Positions 39,401 to 50,662 of a stretch of 64,000 bases of DNA are shown piece after piece (positions within the stretch are counted from its first letter, which is position 1; every line of letters begins with the position of its first letter). The stretch covers positions 427 to 64,426 of the forward strand of contig CAZDOC010000011.1 of NCBI GenBank assembly GCA_964506945.1. The letters are read 5' to 3'. The notes below the pieces were generated by a model. It was not told where the DNA came from, did no database searches, and saw only the letters and a program-made list of their open reading frames with translations. The DNA comes from an uncultured Gammaproteobacteria bacterium. Lineage in GTDB: Bacteria > Pseudomonadota > Gammaproteobacteria > CAZDOC01. The position numbers and the translations under genes are program-made.

Positions 39401-39964
39401 GGCCAGTTCCACCGCGGCGTCGATATAGGCCTCCTCACCGTCACGCCCGGTGCGCTGCAATTCCAGGTAGAAGCGCCCGGGAAACAGTTCTCTCCAGGCC
39501 ATGAGCCGTGTCCGGGCGCTGTCCCGGTCTCCCGCCATCAGGGCCTGACCGATATCGCCCTGGCGCCCGCAGGAGAGTCCGATGAGACCATCGGTCTGTC
39601 CCCGCAGCCAGTCCTCGTGGATGCAGGCCTGGCCCCCGCTCTGCCCCTCGATATAACTGCGGGTGAGCAGACGGGTCAGGTTGTGATAGCCCTCCAGGTC
39701 CTGACACAGCAACAGCAGACCCGCCGGCGCCAGCGTCCCCGCGCCGGCGAGGACCCTCAGTTCGGCACCGATGATCGGCTTGATCCCCGAGCGCAGCGCC
39801 TCGCGATAGAACTTGACCATGCCGAAGAGATTACCCTGATCGGTAATGGCCATGGCCGGCATGCCCAGGGCCACGGCCTGTTGCAACAGCGGCTTGACGC
39901 GCACCAGCCCATCGACGATGGAATACTCGCTGTGCAGATGCAGGTGGACGAAACGGCTGTTCAT
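36494..39964 (-). CDS. dnaE: DNA polymerase III alpha subunit
   Basis: [60 protein letters not shown]. Confidence 0.98.
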   Translation of the reverse strand: MNSRFVHLHLHSEYSIVDGLVRVKPLLQQAVALGMPAMAITDQGNLFGMVKFYREALRSGIKPIIGAELRVLAGAGTLAPAGLLLLCQDLEGYHNLTRLLTRSYIEGQSGGQACIHEDWLRGQTDGLIGLSCGRQGDIGQALMAGDRDSARTRLMAWRELFPGRFYLELQRTGRDGEEAYIDAAVELAADTATPVVASNDVRFLQREDFEAHEARVCIHEGRTLTDPRRPRNYSEQQYLRSGEEMAALFEDIPEAIENSFLIARRCNLELTLGTYYLPNYPVPDDEDMNAYFARLAREGLERRLQVILDTDAPDFATRRQVYDARLETELGVISKMGFPGYFLIVADFIRWARDNGIPVGPGRGSGAGSLVAYALGITDLDPLDYDLLFERFLNPERVSMPDFDIDFCMDRRDEVIEYVADRYGRDHVSQIITYGSMAAKAVVRDVGRVLGHPYGFVDQIAKLIPFDLKMTLERALQEEETLRQRYQDEEDVRDLIDLARKLEGLTRNAGRHAGGVVIAPAPLTEFTALYCEQGASTPVTQMDMTDIEAIGLVKFDFLGLRTLTIIDWAVNDINRFREDGGEPPLDITQIPLDDPESYALIMRADTTAIFQLESRGMKELIKRLQPDRFSDLIALVALFRPGPLQSGMVDDYIDRKHGRARVIYPHPELEPILKPTYGVILYQEQVMQIAQVLAGYTLGGADMLRRAMGKKKAEEMARQRQAFIEGAAARGVDAGVAAGIFDLMEKFAGYGFNKSHSAAYALVAYQTAWLKAHYPAAFMAAVLSSDMDNTDKVVGLIDECRSMGLTVRPPDLNASGYKFTVTDAQSIRYGLGAVKGVGEAAIEGIIDERTRAGEFTSLFDLCRRVDTRKANRRVLEALIRAGAMDSLGGDRAAMIASLDRAIQLAEQARKDSQAGQDDLFGLATDKQGADGPAPELRLERVPPWSEAQRLTGEKETLGLYLTGHPINRYEQELRQLASCRLSELKADRKRQLRVAGLLLEMRMRNSRRGKMATLTLDDRSTRVEVTLYAEVLARYQELLVKDHILVIEGSCFMDDFTGQLALTGERVLSLDQARGEYARELCLSIPADLIANGFIDELRELLGSCRPGPCPVSIEYTGNRATARLSLGDDWRINLPDTLLEQLRERLGSDHCRVIF

Positions 39965-40569
39965 CGGCCCCCCAGCAGGCGCGCCACCGGGGCGAAACTG
40001 CGCCGGTGCATGGGGGTCACACCCAGCGCCTCCAGGGCATCGAGGTGCAGGCGGGTGGGATAGCCCTTGTGTGCGGCGAAGCCATAACCGGGATAATCGA
40101 CATCCAGTGCCTGCATCTCCGCATCACGCGCCACCTTGGCCAGGATCGAGGCCGCGCTGATCTCGGCCACGCGGGCATCCCCCCGAATCACCGCATGGGC
40201 CTGACAGGCCAGCCGGGGACAGTGATTGCCGTCCACCAGGGCCATGGCCGGGGCCACCGCGAGGCCGGCCACCGCCCGCTGCATCGCCAGCAGGCTGGCC
40301 TGGAGTATGTTCAGGCTATCGATCTCCTCGACCTCGGCCCGACCCAGCGACCAGGCCAGGGCCTGCTCCCTGATACGCGCGGCCAGATGCTCCCGGCGCC
40401 TGGGTGAGAGTTTCTTCGAATCCGCCAGGCCGCTGAGCGGCCGCCGAGGATCGAGGATCACGGCGCCGGCGACCACCGGCCCGGCCAGTGGCCCGCGGCC
40501 GACCTCATCGACCCCTGCAAGGGGATGACGAAGGACGTATTCCGGCTGGAACGGCGCCCCCATGCTCAT
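39961..40569 (-). CDS. rnhB: Ribonuclease HII
   Basis: [42 protein letters not shown]. Confidence 0.97.
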   Translation of the reverse strand: MSMGAPFQPEYVLRHPLAGVDEVGRGPLAGPVVAGAVILDPRRPLSGLADSKKLSPRRREHLAARIREQALAWSLGRAEVEEIDSLNILQASLLAMQRAVAGLAVAPAMALVDGNHCPRLACQAHAVIRGDARVAEISAASILAKVARDAEMQALDVDYPGYGFAAHKGYPTRLHLDALEALGVTPMHRRSFAPVARLLGGR

Positions 40570-41699
40570 CCGCCGGCAAGCTCCAGTATGGCCTCTGCCG
40601 CCGCGGCCCCGGCGCCCCGGCGCAGGCGCCGGTGGATTTGCGTGAAGGCCAGACGCATCTCCTCGACGCGGCGATGCTCCGTCAGCAAGGCCAGCAAGGC
40701 GGGTCCCAGGCGTTCAGCCGTGACCTGATCCTGCATGAATTCCGGCACCAGGGGCGAACCCCAGAGCAGGTTGGGCAAAGAGAAGTTATCCAGTTCTATC
40801 AATGGCCTGACTACGTGATAGGTCAAGGTGGAGAGCCGGTATGCGACCACCATGGGCCGCTTCAGCAGCAGGGCCTCCAGACTGGCCGTGCCGGAACACA
40901 TCAATACCGCATCCGCGGCCGCCATGGCCTCGTGGGCCTTGCCATCGACGAGATGGACCCTGAGACCGGCGCCCCAGTCACGCAGGCCCTGCTCGATCAC
41001 CCTCCGGGCCGCGGCCGAGACCAGCGGTATGACGTATTCTAGATCGGCATGACGCCCGGCGCACCATCGCGCCGTCTCCAGGAAGGGTCGCAGCAGATAT
41101 CGCCATTCCCCCGCCCGGCTTCCCGGTAACAGGGCCACCAGCGGCGCCGAAACCGGCAGCCCCAGGGCCTGGCGGGCGGTGTCGCTATGGCTTTCCATGG
41201 GCAGGAGATCCGCCAGCGGGTGACCGACGCATTTCACCGGGATCCCCTGCTCCCGGTAGATCGCCGTCTCGAAGGGAAACAGGGTCAGCATCAGATCGAC
41301 ACTGCGGCGGATGCGGCGTATCCGGTAACGCCGCCAGGCCCATACCGAGGGGCTGACATAATGGACCGTGGGGATACCAGACCGGCGCAAGTCCTGTTCC
41401 AGGCCCAGATTGAAATCCGGGGCATCGATGCCGATAAAGACATCGGGGGGATGGGCGCGGAAATGGGCCAGCAATCCCCGGCGCATGCGCAACAGGCCGG
41501 GCAGGTGACCCAGAACCTCGAACACCCCCATCACCGCCAGTCGCTCCAGCGGATACAGGGTCCGGGCGCCGGCAGCCAGCATCCGCGGCCCGGCCACGCC
41601 CTCGAAGACCGCATCCGGGCGACGTTCCCGGATCGCCTGGATCAGCGCGGCGCCGAGTTGATCCCCGGAGGCCTCGCCGGCGATGATGCCTATGCGCAT
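40566..41699 (-). CDS. lpxB: Lipid-A-disaccharide synthase
   Basis: [46 protein letters not shown]. Confidence 0.97.
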   Translation of the reverse strand: MRIGIIAGEASGDQLGAALIQAIRERRPDAVFEGVAGPRMLAAGARTLYPLERLAVMGVFEVLGHLPGLLRMRRGLLAHFRAHPPDVFIGIDAPDFNLGLEQDLRRSGIPTVHYVSPSVWAWRRYRIRRIRRSVDLMLTLFPFETAIYREQGIPVKCVGHPLADLLPMESHSDTARQALGLPVSAPLVALLPGSRAGEWRYLLRPFLETARWCAGRHADLEYVIPLVSAAARRVIEQGLRDWGAGLRVHLVDGKAHEAMAAADAVLMCSGTASLEALLLKRPMVVAYRLSTLTYHVVRPLIELDNFSLPNLLWGSPLVPEFMQDQVTAERLGPALLALLTEHRRVEEMRLAFTQIHRRLRRGAGAAAAEAILELAGG

Positions 41700-41715
41700 C
41701 TGGGCGACATGCGGA

Positions 41716-42489
41716 TCAGCGCACGATACCCCGCCCCGGCTGGGCGATGAATTCAGCCATCCTGGCGACAGCGGCGCACTCCAGGGCCGGGGTCCGGAGC
41801 TCCGCGGCGGCCTGTTCCAGGGTCAGGCCCTGGCGATAGATGACGCGGTAGGCCTGGCGCAGGGCATTCAGTTCCTCACGGCTGAAACCCCGGCGTTTGA
41901 GTCCCTCGCGATTGAGACCATGCGCCTTGGCGGGATTGCCAGAGACCATCACGAAGGGCGGGACATCCTTGAGAATGAGGCTGGATGCGGCGGTGAAGCT
42001 GTGCGCGCCCAGACGACAGAATTGATGCACCCCGGTGAAGCCACCAAGGATCACATGGTCCTCGATCACGGCATGGCCGGCCAGTGAGGCGTTATTGGCG
42101 AAGATGGTGTGGTCGCCGACCTGGCAATCGTGGGCGATATGGGCATAGGCCATGATCCAGTTGCCGCTGCCCACCCGGGTGATACCACCACCCAGCGCGG
42201 TCCCCCGGTTGATGGTGCAATACTCGCGAATGGTGTTGCCGTCACCGATCTCCAGCACCGATTCGACATCCTCGGCGTATTTCTTGTCCTGGGGGTCATC
42301 GCCAATACTGGCGAAGGAATAGATATGGTTGTTGCTGCCGATCCGGGTGGGACCGTTGATCACCACATGGGCGTCGATGCGGCAACCCGGCCCGATCTCG
42401 ACATTCGGACCGATCAGGGTCCACGGCCCGACACGGACATCCTGCGCCAGTCGCGCCGCGGGGTCGATGATGGCGGCTGGATGGATCAA
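41716..42489 (-). CDS. lpxA: UDP-N-acetylglucosamine acyltransferase
   Basis: Hexapeptide repeats, [31 protein letters not shown]. Confidence 0.97.
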   Translation of the reverse strand: MIHPAAIIDPAARLAQDVRVGPWTLIGPNVEIGPGCRIDAHVVINGPTRIGSNNHIYSFASIGDDPQDKKYAEDVESVLEIGDGNTIREYCTINRGTALGGGITRVGSGNWIMAYAHIAHDCQVGDHTIFANNASLAGHAVIEDHVILGGFTGVHQFCRLGAHSFTAASSLILKDVPPFVMVSGNPAKAHGLNREGLKRRGFSREELNALRQAYRVIYRQGLTLEQAAAELRTPALECAAVARMAEFIAQPGRGIVR

Positions 42490-42935
42490 GCTGGCAGATC
42501 CGGCTTGGTGGTCATCAACTCGGCGCTGGCGACCATCTTGCCATCCACGCTGGCCCTGGCCTTGAAGAAATAGATGCCCCGGCGGTGACGCAGCAGATCC
42601 ACCTCCAGCAACAACTGGTCGCCGGGTTCCACCGGTTGTTTGAAACGGGCCTTGTCGATGCCTACCAGGTAGAAGACATCGTTGCTGACCGGGGCATAAT
42701 CGACCGCGCGGAAGGCCAGCAGCCCGGTGGCCTGGGCCAGGGCCTCGATGACCAGTACCCCCGGCATCACCGGGCGATGGGGGAAATGCCCCTGAAAAAA
42801 AGGCTCATTGCAGGAGACATTCTTGATCGCGCGTATGGATTCCCCCGACTTGAACTCCAGTACCCGATCGACCAGCAGGAACGGAAAGCGGTGAGGCAAC
42901 ATCTTCAGGATCTCGTGAATGTTCATGGTGGTCAT
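42486..42935 (-). CDS. fabZ: 3-hydroxyacyl-ACP dehydratase
   Basis: [42 protein letters not shown]. Confidence 0.97.
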   Translation of the reverse strand: MTTMNIHEILKMLPHRFPFLLVDRVLEFKSGESIRAIKNVSCNEPFFQGHFPHRPVMPGVLVIEALAQATGLLAFRAVDYAPVSNDVFYLVGIDKARFKQPVEPGDQLLLEVDLLRHRRGIYFFKARASVDGKMVASAELMTTKPDLPA

Positions 42936-43062
42936 AGGCATGCCCCGACTGGTATGTTTTTTCAAGGAACCTCTGCATCACTTCATCCATGAAACCGCAC
43001 AGGACGAAAAGCAGAGCATGGTTGTTTTTTCTTGCAATTCCATCGCTTGCGGCAATCGGCCG

Positions 43063-43760
43063 TGGTGACGCCCGCCTGCGCGGGGAGGACGCCTGCATCG
43101 CCCGGGCATCCCTGGACGACAGGCTCCCGATGACGTCGCCGAAGGCTGGAAACTATCAGCTGCGGGCCGGGGGCACCATGCTCTGGTGTGGTATTCATGT
43201 CCGCCGTACAGACCTGTACCCATGGCCTGGCGAACGGGGCCAGGTCACGAACCGCAGCACCGGCATGGCCACATACGGGGCGAACGCGACCACACTCGAC
43301 AGCTCGCAACATTTCCCCGAGAGGGGGGATCCTATGTAGATGACGGCGGAATGACAAGTACCTGGACGGGGTATTTCATGGGCGGAACCGTGATCCCCGG
43401 GCGGCATTCGGCTCCACGGGCCGGCAAGGGCGGGTACCGGTCTGGCCAGAAAACCTCAAGAGAGGGTGCTGTCGATAGACGTCCTTATCGCTTCGCCGCT
43501 GTCCCATTGACCATTGACACCTACAGGATGCATGCCGTTATCGATGCGATTATTTTTGGAACTGCCCCTGATTATGGGCATGAAAGACAGAAACCGTCGT
43601 CCCTTCACAGCCCACGGGGGGACGACTCCAGGGACGCAGCTGGTGGAATGACGCTGGTGGCCTGAATCGAGAAACTCAGGATGAGGGGACCTGAAAGAAT
43701 CAAGGCATTGGCCATCCCGATCCCCTCAACCCAACCCGCTCCCGAAGGGAAAGGGAGTTC
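43063..43760. repeat. Cluster of degenerate REP-like palindromic remnants
   Basis: CCCGCCTGCGCGGGGAGGACG (~43071), TTCCCCGAGAGGGGGGATCC...GCGGAATGAC (~43313-43355), CCCCTCAACCCAACCCGCTCCCGAAGGGAAAGGGAG (~43722-43757). Confidence 0.45.
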
Positions 43761-43811
43761 ATGGGATATGGCTTATACCCCAGGGCGACGAATGGCGCCG
43801 GGACATGAGGC

Positions 43812-46800
43812 TCATACCGTATCCGACACCGGCCACTGCCGCAGCCAGGCATCGACACGCTGAATCTCCACCTCGATCCTGGCCAGTTGTTGATCACGAT
43901 CCCGCAATTCCCCGGCCTTGGCCTGGGCCTCCAGGTCCGCGCACAGGTCCATCAAGCGGCTGGCGCCGATATTGCCGCTGCTGCCCTTCAGGGAATGGCT
44001 CGCCAGGACCACCGCATTCAGATCGCTGCCCTCCAGCGCCCTGCGCAGACCCTCATAGAGGCAGACCGCCTGCTCCCGCCACTGCGTCAGGACCACCTCG
44101 AAGCCATCGCCCAGGAGTCCCTGCAATTCCTCCAGCCTGGCCGGATCCAGTCCCGCTCCATCATCCACCGCATCCTTGCCGGTACGCGCTTGCGGCCCGT
44201 CGCCGGCCCCGCCCCCCGGCAACCACTGCGCCAGGACAGCCCTTAACATCGACTTGCTGTAGGGCTTTGACAGATGGTCATTCATGCCGGCATCGGCGCA
44301 GCGCTGGCGGTCCTCGGACATGGCATTGGCGGTGAGGGCGATGATCGGCAGTGGCGTCATCCCCGCCCGCCGCTCCCGCTGCCGCCAGCGGCGGGTAGTC
44401 TCGTAGCCATCCAGGCCCGGCATCTGGATATCCATCAACACCAGGTCCAGTCCCCCGGCCGGCAAGCGTTCCAGGGCGGCCTCTCCCGAGTCGACCAGTT
44501 CCACGCTCAGACCCAGGCCGGAGAGCATGGCGCGGGCCACCGTCTGGTTGACGGGATTGTCCTCCACCACCAGCACCCGGCCCTGCAGGGGCTGGCGGGA
44601 TCCCGCGGCCACGGCGGGAACGCTACGCGTGCGCGTGCGCTCGCCACCCGCCATGGCCGCGACGATCAGATCATGGAGCCGTGACTGCCGTATGGGCTTG
44701 CTCAGGCAACCATCGAAGAGGCGGGTATCGGCGGGACATTCCTGTGAGGTCAGCAGGAACAGATAACAATCCAGGGGCGGGGAGGCCGTCGCGATGCGAT
44801 GCGCCAGGCTGATGCCATCCATGCCCGGCATCTGCATGTCGAGCAGCACCATGTCGAACGGCCGGCCATCCACAGCGGCCTGACGCAGGGTTTTCAGCGC
44901 CGCCTCGCCTTCCGTCTCCTCCATGCAGTCGACGCCCCAGTGGCCGAGATACTGTCGCAGGATGGCGCGATTGGTGACATTGTCATCGACGATGAGGGCG
45001 CGGAGATCCGCCAGACCCTGGTGTGGATCGAGGCGGCTTTCCTCGACCGGCTCCAGGCCGATGTCGAAGGAAAACCTGGAACCCTCTCCGAGGGTGCTTT
45101 CCACCCTGATGTCCCCCCCCATCATCCGCACCAGGTCACGGCAGATGGCCAGGCCCAGACCGGTCCCCCCGAATCGGCGGGTGATGGAGGTGTCGGCCTG
45201 GGAGAAGGACTCGAACAGATGCTCACGTACTTGCGCATCGATGCCGATGCCGGTGTCCTCGACCGTGAGGCGCAAGCGGCAGGCGGGAGCGGCCTGGGCC
45301 AGGGATTCCACCCGCAGGGTGACCTCTCCCTCGGTGGTGAACTTCAGGGCATTCCCCAGCAGATTGGTCACGACCTGCCGCAGGCGGGTGGGATCGCCCC
45401 GCAGCATGGCGGGGAGGTCCGGGTCGATATAACAGTTCAGTTCCAGGCCCTTGGCATGGGCCTGTTCCGCCAGCAGCAGACAGGTTTCCTCCATCTCCTG
45501 GCGCAGATCGAAAGGGATCGATTCCAGCACCAGCTTGCCGGCCTCAATCTTGCTGAAATCCAGGATATCGTTGATGATCACCAGCAGGTTTTCAGCGGCA
45601 TGGGTCGCCGTCTGGGTCAGTTCCCTCTGCTCTCGATCCAGGGCCGTATCCTGAAGCAGTTCCAGCATGCCCAGGACCCCGTTCATCGGCGTACGGATCT
45701 CATGGCTCATATTGGCGAGAAAATCGGATTTCATCCGGCTGGTCTGTTCCGCTGCCTTGCGCGCCTCCTCGCGCTCGCGCTGCAGACGGTCATCGGCCAG
45801 CCCCAGGGCGAGAAGCTCTCCCAGCAATTGCATGGTATGGACCACCTCCGGGTCATGCTCCGGATGGGGATCGGTGTACAGGAACAGCACGCCGAGCAGT
45901 TCGCCTTGATGCTTCAGCGGCACGATGTAGTGACCATGGTCCTCCATATCGGTGAAACGGTGATCGTGACGGGCATCGCAGTCACTGCTGTCCGAGATCA
46001 GGATCCGCCCCTCGACCGCGGCCCGGCCGCAAAGGCAGGAGCCGAACGGCACCCGCTGCTCCTGCTCGATGAACTCATCACTGAACTCGCCGTGCAACAG
46101 ATAGAGCTCCAGTTCGGTACTCCCCGGGGCATGCACGAACAGACCGCTGCGTTCCTGAACCTTGAACGTCTCCACCTCGGGCAGGTAGGCGAGTACCTCG
46201 CCGACCCGCTGTTTCAGGTCGCGTGAGGTGTCCTGCATGATCCGCGCTATCCGCGCGCGGGCCTCGGTGGCCTGACGCGCCAGCTCCCGCCGCCGCCGGG
46301 TCTCGCGCTCGGTGGTGATATCGCGGAGAATGGCGACATAGCCCTGCGGCTCGCCATTCTCCGCATAGATCGGCGCGATGGTCTCCTGTGCCCAGTAGCA
46401 GTCCGGCGTTTCCACCCGCCCGTCCTCCCGCAGCTCGCTGCGGGCGCCGCGCCGCCGGTTGCAGACCTCGCCTTGCCAGACCGCCCCCGAGGTCAGGGTC
46501 GCCCACATCTCCCGGTACAGGCCTTCCTGCGTGTGGCCGCTCTTGAACACCCGGGGATTCTGGCCGAGGATATCCTTCTCAGACCAGCCACTGAGCTCGC
46601 AAAAGGCCGGGTTGACGTAAACGATACCGCCCCCGGTATCGGTGATCAGGATGGCGTCGGGACTGGCCTCGACGGCGCGGGCCGTCTGCTGCAGCTCCAT
46701 TTGCGTGCGGCTCAGTTTCTGTATGTTGCGGATCAGGGCGAGATTGACCTCATCGGTACGCTGTTTGCTCTTGTCCAGGGCATCCAGCAGGACCTCGCGC

Positions 46801-47438
46801 TCCACTCGCAGACGGATGCTTCTGTACAACATCTCGCCATCACGATACGCCACCGGGAACTGTGTCAGGATGAAGAAGGAGGCCATCAGGGCCATGTAGT
46901 TGGCGATCGGATCGGACAACAGCAACAGGCGGATGATCAAGGGCAGAAACACCAGCGTGGCATAGCCCACGTACAGCCTCGGCATCACCCCCAGGATGCC
47001 GACCGCGCCGGCGGCCAGACCACCGAGGGCCAGGACCAGCAAGGCCTGATGTGTCGCCGATGCCGCCGGAAACAGCATCACCGACACCGAGCCCCAGCCC
47101 AGCGCGGTGGCAATCACCGATACCGAATAGACCTGCAGCCAGGAACGGATGGATTGCGGGCCGGGCTGCCATTTGTGAAACAGGGCGATCAGCACGAGGC
47201 GCACCGACACCAGCACGGTCATCAAGGCCAGCCAGACCAGCGCCATGGGGTGATCGACCTCGTCCCACAGGATGACGACCAGGATGGCCGCCAGCCCCAG
47301 GGTCACCCCCTGCCCACCGAGGCCATGCCCACACAGCAGGCGCACCCGCTCCAGCAGGATGCGCGGGTCATCCGCGGCCAGGGTATTCGCGGGCGAGGGC
47401 TCCGTCGTGGTCTCCGCCCTGTCCACCGGGGCGCTCAC
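43812..47438 (-). CDS. Hybrid sensor histidine kinase (TM-PAS-GAF-HisKA-HATPase-REC-REC-Hpt)
   Basis: GTG start overlaps the upstream stop. FLANMSHEIRTPMNG, GDPTRLRQVVTNLLGNALKFT, GGTGLGL, two REC domains (LLDMQMP, LMDIQMP), Hpt HSLKGSS. Confidence 0.93.
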   Translation of the reverse strand: MSAPVDRAETTTEPSPANTLAADDPRILLERVRLLCGHGLGGQGVTLGLAAILVVILWDEVDHPMALVWLALMTVLVSVRLVLIALFHKWQPGPQSIRSWLQVYSVSVIATALGWGSVSVMLFPAASATHQALLVLALGGLAAGAVGILGVMPRLYVGYATLVFLPLIIRLLLLSDPIANYMALMASFFILTQFPVAYRDGEMLYRSIRLRVEREVLLDALDKSKQRTDEVNLALIRNIQKLSRTQMELQQTARAVEASPDAILITDTGGGIVYVNPAFCELSGWSEKDILGQNPRVFKSGHTQEGLYREMWATLTSGAVWQGEVCNRRRGARSELREDGRVETPDCYWAQETIAPIYAENGEPQGYVAILRDITTERETRRRRELARQATEARARIARIMQDTSRDLKQRVGEVLAYLPEVETFKVQERSGLFVHAPGSTELELYLLHGEFSDEFIEQEQRVPFGSCLCGRAAVEGRILISDSSDCDARHDHRFTDMEDHGHYIVPLKHQGELLGVLFLYTDPHPEHDPEVVHTMQLLGELLALGLADDRLQREREEARKAAEQTSRMKSDFLANMSHEIRTPMNGVLGMLELLQDTALDREQRELTQTATHAAENLLVIINDILDFSKIEAGKLVLESIPFDLRQEMEETCLLLAEQAHAKGLELNCYIDPDLPAMLRGDPTRLRQVVTNLLGNALKFTTEGEVTLRVESLAQAAPACRLRLTVEDTGIGIDAQVREHLFESFSQADTSITRRFGGTGLGLAICRDLVRMMGGDIRVESTLGEGSRFSFDIGLEPVEESRLDPHQGLADLRALIVDDNVTNRAILRQYLGHWGVDCMEETEGEAALKTLRQAAVDGRPFDMVLLDMQMPGMDGISLAHRIATASPPLDCYLFLLTSQECPADTRLFDGCLSKPIRQSRLHDLIVAAMAGGERTRTRSVPAVAAGSRQPLQGRVLVVEDNPVNQTVARAMLSGLGLSVELVDSGEAALERLPAGGLDLVLMDIQMPGLDGYETTRRWRQRERRAGMTPLPIIALTANAMSEDRQRCADAGMNDHLSKPYSKSMLRAVLAQWLPGGGAGDGPQARTGKDAVDDGAGLDPARLEELQGLLGDGFEVVLTQWREQAVCLYEGLRRALEGSDLNAVVLASHSLKGSSGNIGASRLMDLCADLEAQAKAGELRDRDQQLARIEVEIQRVDAWLRQWPVSDTV

Positions 47439-49531
47439 CTCCCGCTTTCCGGATCGCCGGCGCGCCGCTCGGACAGGTACTTGCCGGCGAAGTCTTCCGC
47501 TGGCACCGGGCGCCCACAATGGAAACCCTGCAATTCGTGACAACCCAGCTCACTCAGCATCTCGACCTGCGCCCCGGTCTCCACGCCCTCGGCCACCACC
47601 CATAGCTCCAGTGCGCTGGCCAGGGCAATGATGGCCTTCACCAGCGCGCCGTCCCGGCTCCGCGGTGACATTTCACGGATGAAGCTCTGGTCGATCTTCA
47701 GGCAGTCCACCGGCAGTCGCTGCAGATAACTCAGGGAAGAATGGCCGGTGCCGAAATCATCGATGGCCAGGGTCAGTCCCAGTTCCCTCAAGCGCCGCAG
47801 CACGATGATATGCTGCTCCGGATCGGTCATCACGCAGGATTCGGTGATCTCGAGTTCCAGCAGGCCGGGGTCCACGCCGGTATCCTCCAGCACCGACTCC
47901 AGACTGGCCAGCAATTGGGGGTCGCCCAGCTGCCGTGGTGACAGGTTGACGGCGATGCGCGGACAGTCGCGTCCCTCATCGAGCCAGCGTGATATCTGTT
48001 CACAGACACAGCGGAAGACCCAGCGTCCCAGAGGCAGGATCAGGCCACTCTCCTCCGCCAGGGGGATGAACTCCGCGGGAGACACCATCCCACGTTGTGG
48101 ATGACGCCAGCGCAACAGGGCCTCCGCGCCACTCAGGCCACGACTGCCGGTGTTGAACTTGGGCTGAAAGTACAGCAGCAGTTCTTCCCCTTCCAGTGCC
48201 GAGCGCAGTGCATTCTCGAGCTCGAAGCGGTCCCGGGCCTGCTGATCCAGCCCTTCCTGGAAAAAGCTGATCCCGCCGCCGCCCTTCATCTTGGCCCGGT
48301 ACATGGCGGTTCCGGCGTTACGCAGCAGGGTGGCGGCATCGCCACCCCCTTCGGTACCGGCCACCACGCCGATGCTGGCGCTGAACGTGACCTCCTGCCC
48401 GGCGAGCCGATGCGGACGCGACAGCTCCATGAGGATATTCTGGGCCAGTTGGAAGATCTTTTCATGCTGGCAGGCATCCTCCAGCAGCACGACGAATTCA
48501 TCGCCACTGAAGCGGAACACGGTATCCTCTTCCGGAGAGACCCGACACAGCCGCTCCGCGACCTCCTGCAGCAGACGATCTCCGGCGTCATAACCCAGGC
48601 TGTCATTGAGACGCTTGAAGCGGTCCATGGCCACGAACAGCACCGTCACCGGGCCGCCGGACCTTTGCCCGCGGCGGTAACTGTCCTCCAGCCGGCGTTC
48701 CAGCCACTGCCGGTTCGGCAGCCCGGTCAGTGAATCATGCCAGGTCTGGTAATCCAGCCGCGCCTCGGCCTCGCGTTGCTCGGTGACATCCTGGAATATC
48801 CCGACCAGGCGCTCGGCCTGTTCGCCCTTGCCGGCCAGGACATCGCCCTGCAGTGAGACATGACGCACGGCGTCATCGGAGCGGATGATGCGGAATTCGA
48901 TATGGAAGGACTGGCAGCGCTCGACGGCGACATCCAGGGCACGACTGAACAGCTCCCTGTCCTGGGGCAGCACCTGCTCCATCAAGCGGTCCAGACAAGG
49001 CCTGACGCTATGGTGCTCGATACCGAAGATCTGGCAGATCCCGGCCGAGCAGCGCATCTCGTCCTGTTTCAGATCCCAGTCCCAGTTCCCCAGCAGGGCG
49101 ACCTCCTGGGCCCGTTGCAGCTGCAGCTGGCTGCTGCGCAGTTCCAGATCGACGACCCGGGCATGCAGGGCGCTGCGGATGCGCTGGCGCAGCAAGGACC
49201 AGTTGATCGGCTTGGTGAGGAAATCCGTGGCCCCCTGATGGAAGGCCTGCTCGATGGAATCGACATCATCCAGGCTGGTGAGCATGAGAATGGGGATATC
49301 CGCGCCCCGTTCCCGTTGTCGCAGTTGCCGGCAGACCTCAAAGCCATCCATGCCGGGCATCATGGCATCCAGCAATACCAGGTGTGGCTGGACCCTGGCA
49401 AATTCGGACAGGGCCGCCGGCCCGTCGCCGGCCTCGGCGACCCGATAACCATCCTTGACCAGGATGCCGCGCAACAGCAACCGGGTGGAGGGATCGTCAT
49501 CCACGATCAGGATCTGGGACTCTTTGACCAT
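47435..49531 (-). CDS. Response regulator with REC-PAS-GGDEF(SGDEF)-EAL domains, c-di-GMP turnover enzyme
   Basis: REC (LLDAMMPGMDG), PAS, DSLTGLPNR, FRFSGDEF, EALLRW, ELEITES, DDFGTGHSSLSYL, LKIDQSF, AEGVET. Confidence 0.94.
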   Translation of the reverse strand: MVKESQILIVDDDPSTRLLLRGILVKDGYRVAEAGDGPAALSEFARVQPHLVLLDAMMPGMDGFEVCRQLRQRERGADIPILMLTSLDDVDSIEQAFHQGATDFLTKPINWSLLRQRIRSALHARVVDLELRSSQLQLQRAQEVALLGNWDWDLKQDEMRCSAGICQIFGIEHHSVRPCLDRLMEQVLPQDRELFSRALDVAVERCQSFHIEFRIIRSDDAVRHVSLQGDVLAGKGEQAERLVGIFQDVTEQREAEARLDYQTWHDSLTGLPNRQWLERRLEDSYRRGQRSGGPVTVLFVAMDRFKRLNDSLGYDAGDRLLQEVAERLCRVSPEEDTVFRFSGDEFVVLLEDACQHEKIFQLAQNILMELSRPHRLAGQEVTFSASIGVVAGTEGGGDAATLLRNAGTAMYRAKMKGGGGISFFQEGLDQQARDRFELENALRSALEGEELLLYFQPKFNTGSRGLSGAEALLRWRHPQRGMVSPAEFIPLAEESGLILPLGRWVFRCVCEQISRWLDEGRDCPRIAVNLSPRQLGDPQLLASLESVLEDTGVDPGLLELEITESCVMTDPEQHIIVLRRLRELGLTLAIDDFGTGHSSLSYLQRLPVDCLKIDQSFIREMSPRSRDGALVKAIIALASALELWVVAEGVETGAQVEMLSELGCHELQGFHCGRPVPAEDFAGKYLSERRAGDPESGR

Positions 49532-49629
49532 AGCCTATAGCATCGGCGCTGGTATCCGTTTCTTGAATCCCTGGGCGGGACCCTGCGCAATGCCTGCCGG
49601 CCCCGCCAGGGCCGGAAACAGGCGGAGAC

Positions 49630-50619
49630 CTACCGGGCCCGACCCAGGCGCCGGAAACGCGCCAGCTTCTTGCGCCAGCCCAGGCTCTCCTCCGCCGGCC
49701 ATGAGGAGGAATAGATCCCGGCCTTGGGGATGGATTTCGTCACCAGCGACATACCGGTGATGGTGACATCGTCGGCGATCTCCAGGTGACCGGCGATGCC
49801 GACCCCACCGGCGATCATGCAGCGACGGCCGATCACCGTGCTGCCGGAGATCCCGGCGCAACCGGCGATGGCGGTATGCTCGCCGATGCGCACGTTGTGT
49901 CCGATCTGGATCAGGTTGTCCAGTTTCACGCCGTTACCGATCACGGTGTCCTTGAGGGCGCCTCGGTCTATGGTGGTATTGGCGCCTATCTCGACATCAT
50001 CGCCCAGTTGTACCGCACCCAGTTGTGGCACCTTGAGCCAGGCGTCCCCGTCCCGCGCCAGGCCGAAGCCATCCGCGCCGATCACCGCGCCGGGATGGAT
50101 CACGCCACGACTGCCCAGGCTGCATGCATGACAGACCGTGACATTGGCCAGCAGGCGGGTATAGGGACCGATACGAGCGGCCCGGCCTATCACGCAGCCG
50201 GGGCCGACGACGACATGCTCGGCGATCCTCGCCCCGGCCTCGACCACGACATGCGGGCCGATACTGGCGCTGGCATCGATCACCGCGGACGAATCGATGC
50301 AGGCGCTCGGATGTATCCCCGCCTCCGCCGCGACCGCATGGGGATCCAGCAGGCTGGCGGCGCGGGCATAACCCAGATAGGGGTTGGCCATGACCAGGGT
50401 ACTGACCGGACAGGCGGCGGCATCCTCGGGTCCGAGGATCACCGCCGAGGCGTGGGTGACCTCGAGGAACTTGCGGTATTTGCGGTTGAACAGAAAGGTG
50501 ACCGCACCCTCACCGGCATGGTCCAGGGTATCGACCCGGCTGACGATAGTGTCGGGATCGCCCTTCAGCTCCGCTCCGATCTGCTCCGCCAGCCGCGCCA
50601 GCGTAAGAGAGATGGGCAT
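49630..50619 (-). CDS. lpxD: UDP-3-O-acyl-glucosamine N-acyltransferase
   Basis: IGADGFG, KVPQLGAV, EIGANTTIDRGAL, KLDNLIQIGHNV. Confidence 0.97.
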   Translation of the reverse strand: MPISLTLARLAEQIGAELKGDPDTIVSRVDTLDHAGEGAVTFLFNRKYRKFLEVTHASAVILGPEDAAACPVSTLVMANPYLGYARAASLLDPHAVAAEAGIHPSACIDSSAVIDASASIGPHVVVEAGARIAEHVVVGPGCVIGRAARIGPYTRLLANVTVCHACSLGSRGVIHPGAVIGADGFGLARDGDAWLKVPQLGAVQLGDDVEIGANTTIDRGALKDTVIGNGVKLDNLIQIGHNVRIGEHTAIAGCAGISGSTVIGRRCMIAGGVGIAGHLEIADDVTITGMSLVTKSIPKAGIYSSSWPAEESLGWRKKLARFRRLGRAR

Positions 50620-50662
50620 ATCGCTACCGGCAATAAATGACCGACACGGGAGCTGACCCGGT

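Noticed and set aside
36494-39964. Intein or split in dnaE
   Set aside because: Normal length (1156 aa), continuous motifs, no intein signature.
42978-43665. Several 70-160 aa ORFs between fabZ and the hybrid kinase
   Set aside because: Overlapping on both strands, no RBS or motifs, and they run through repeat remnants.
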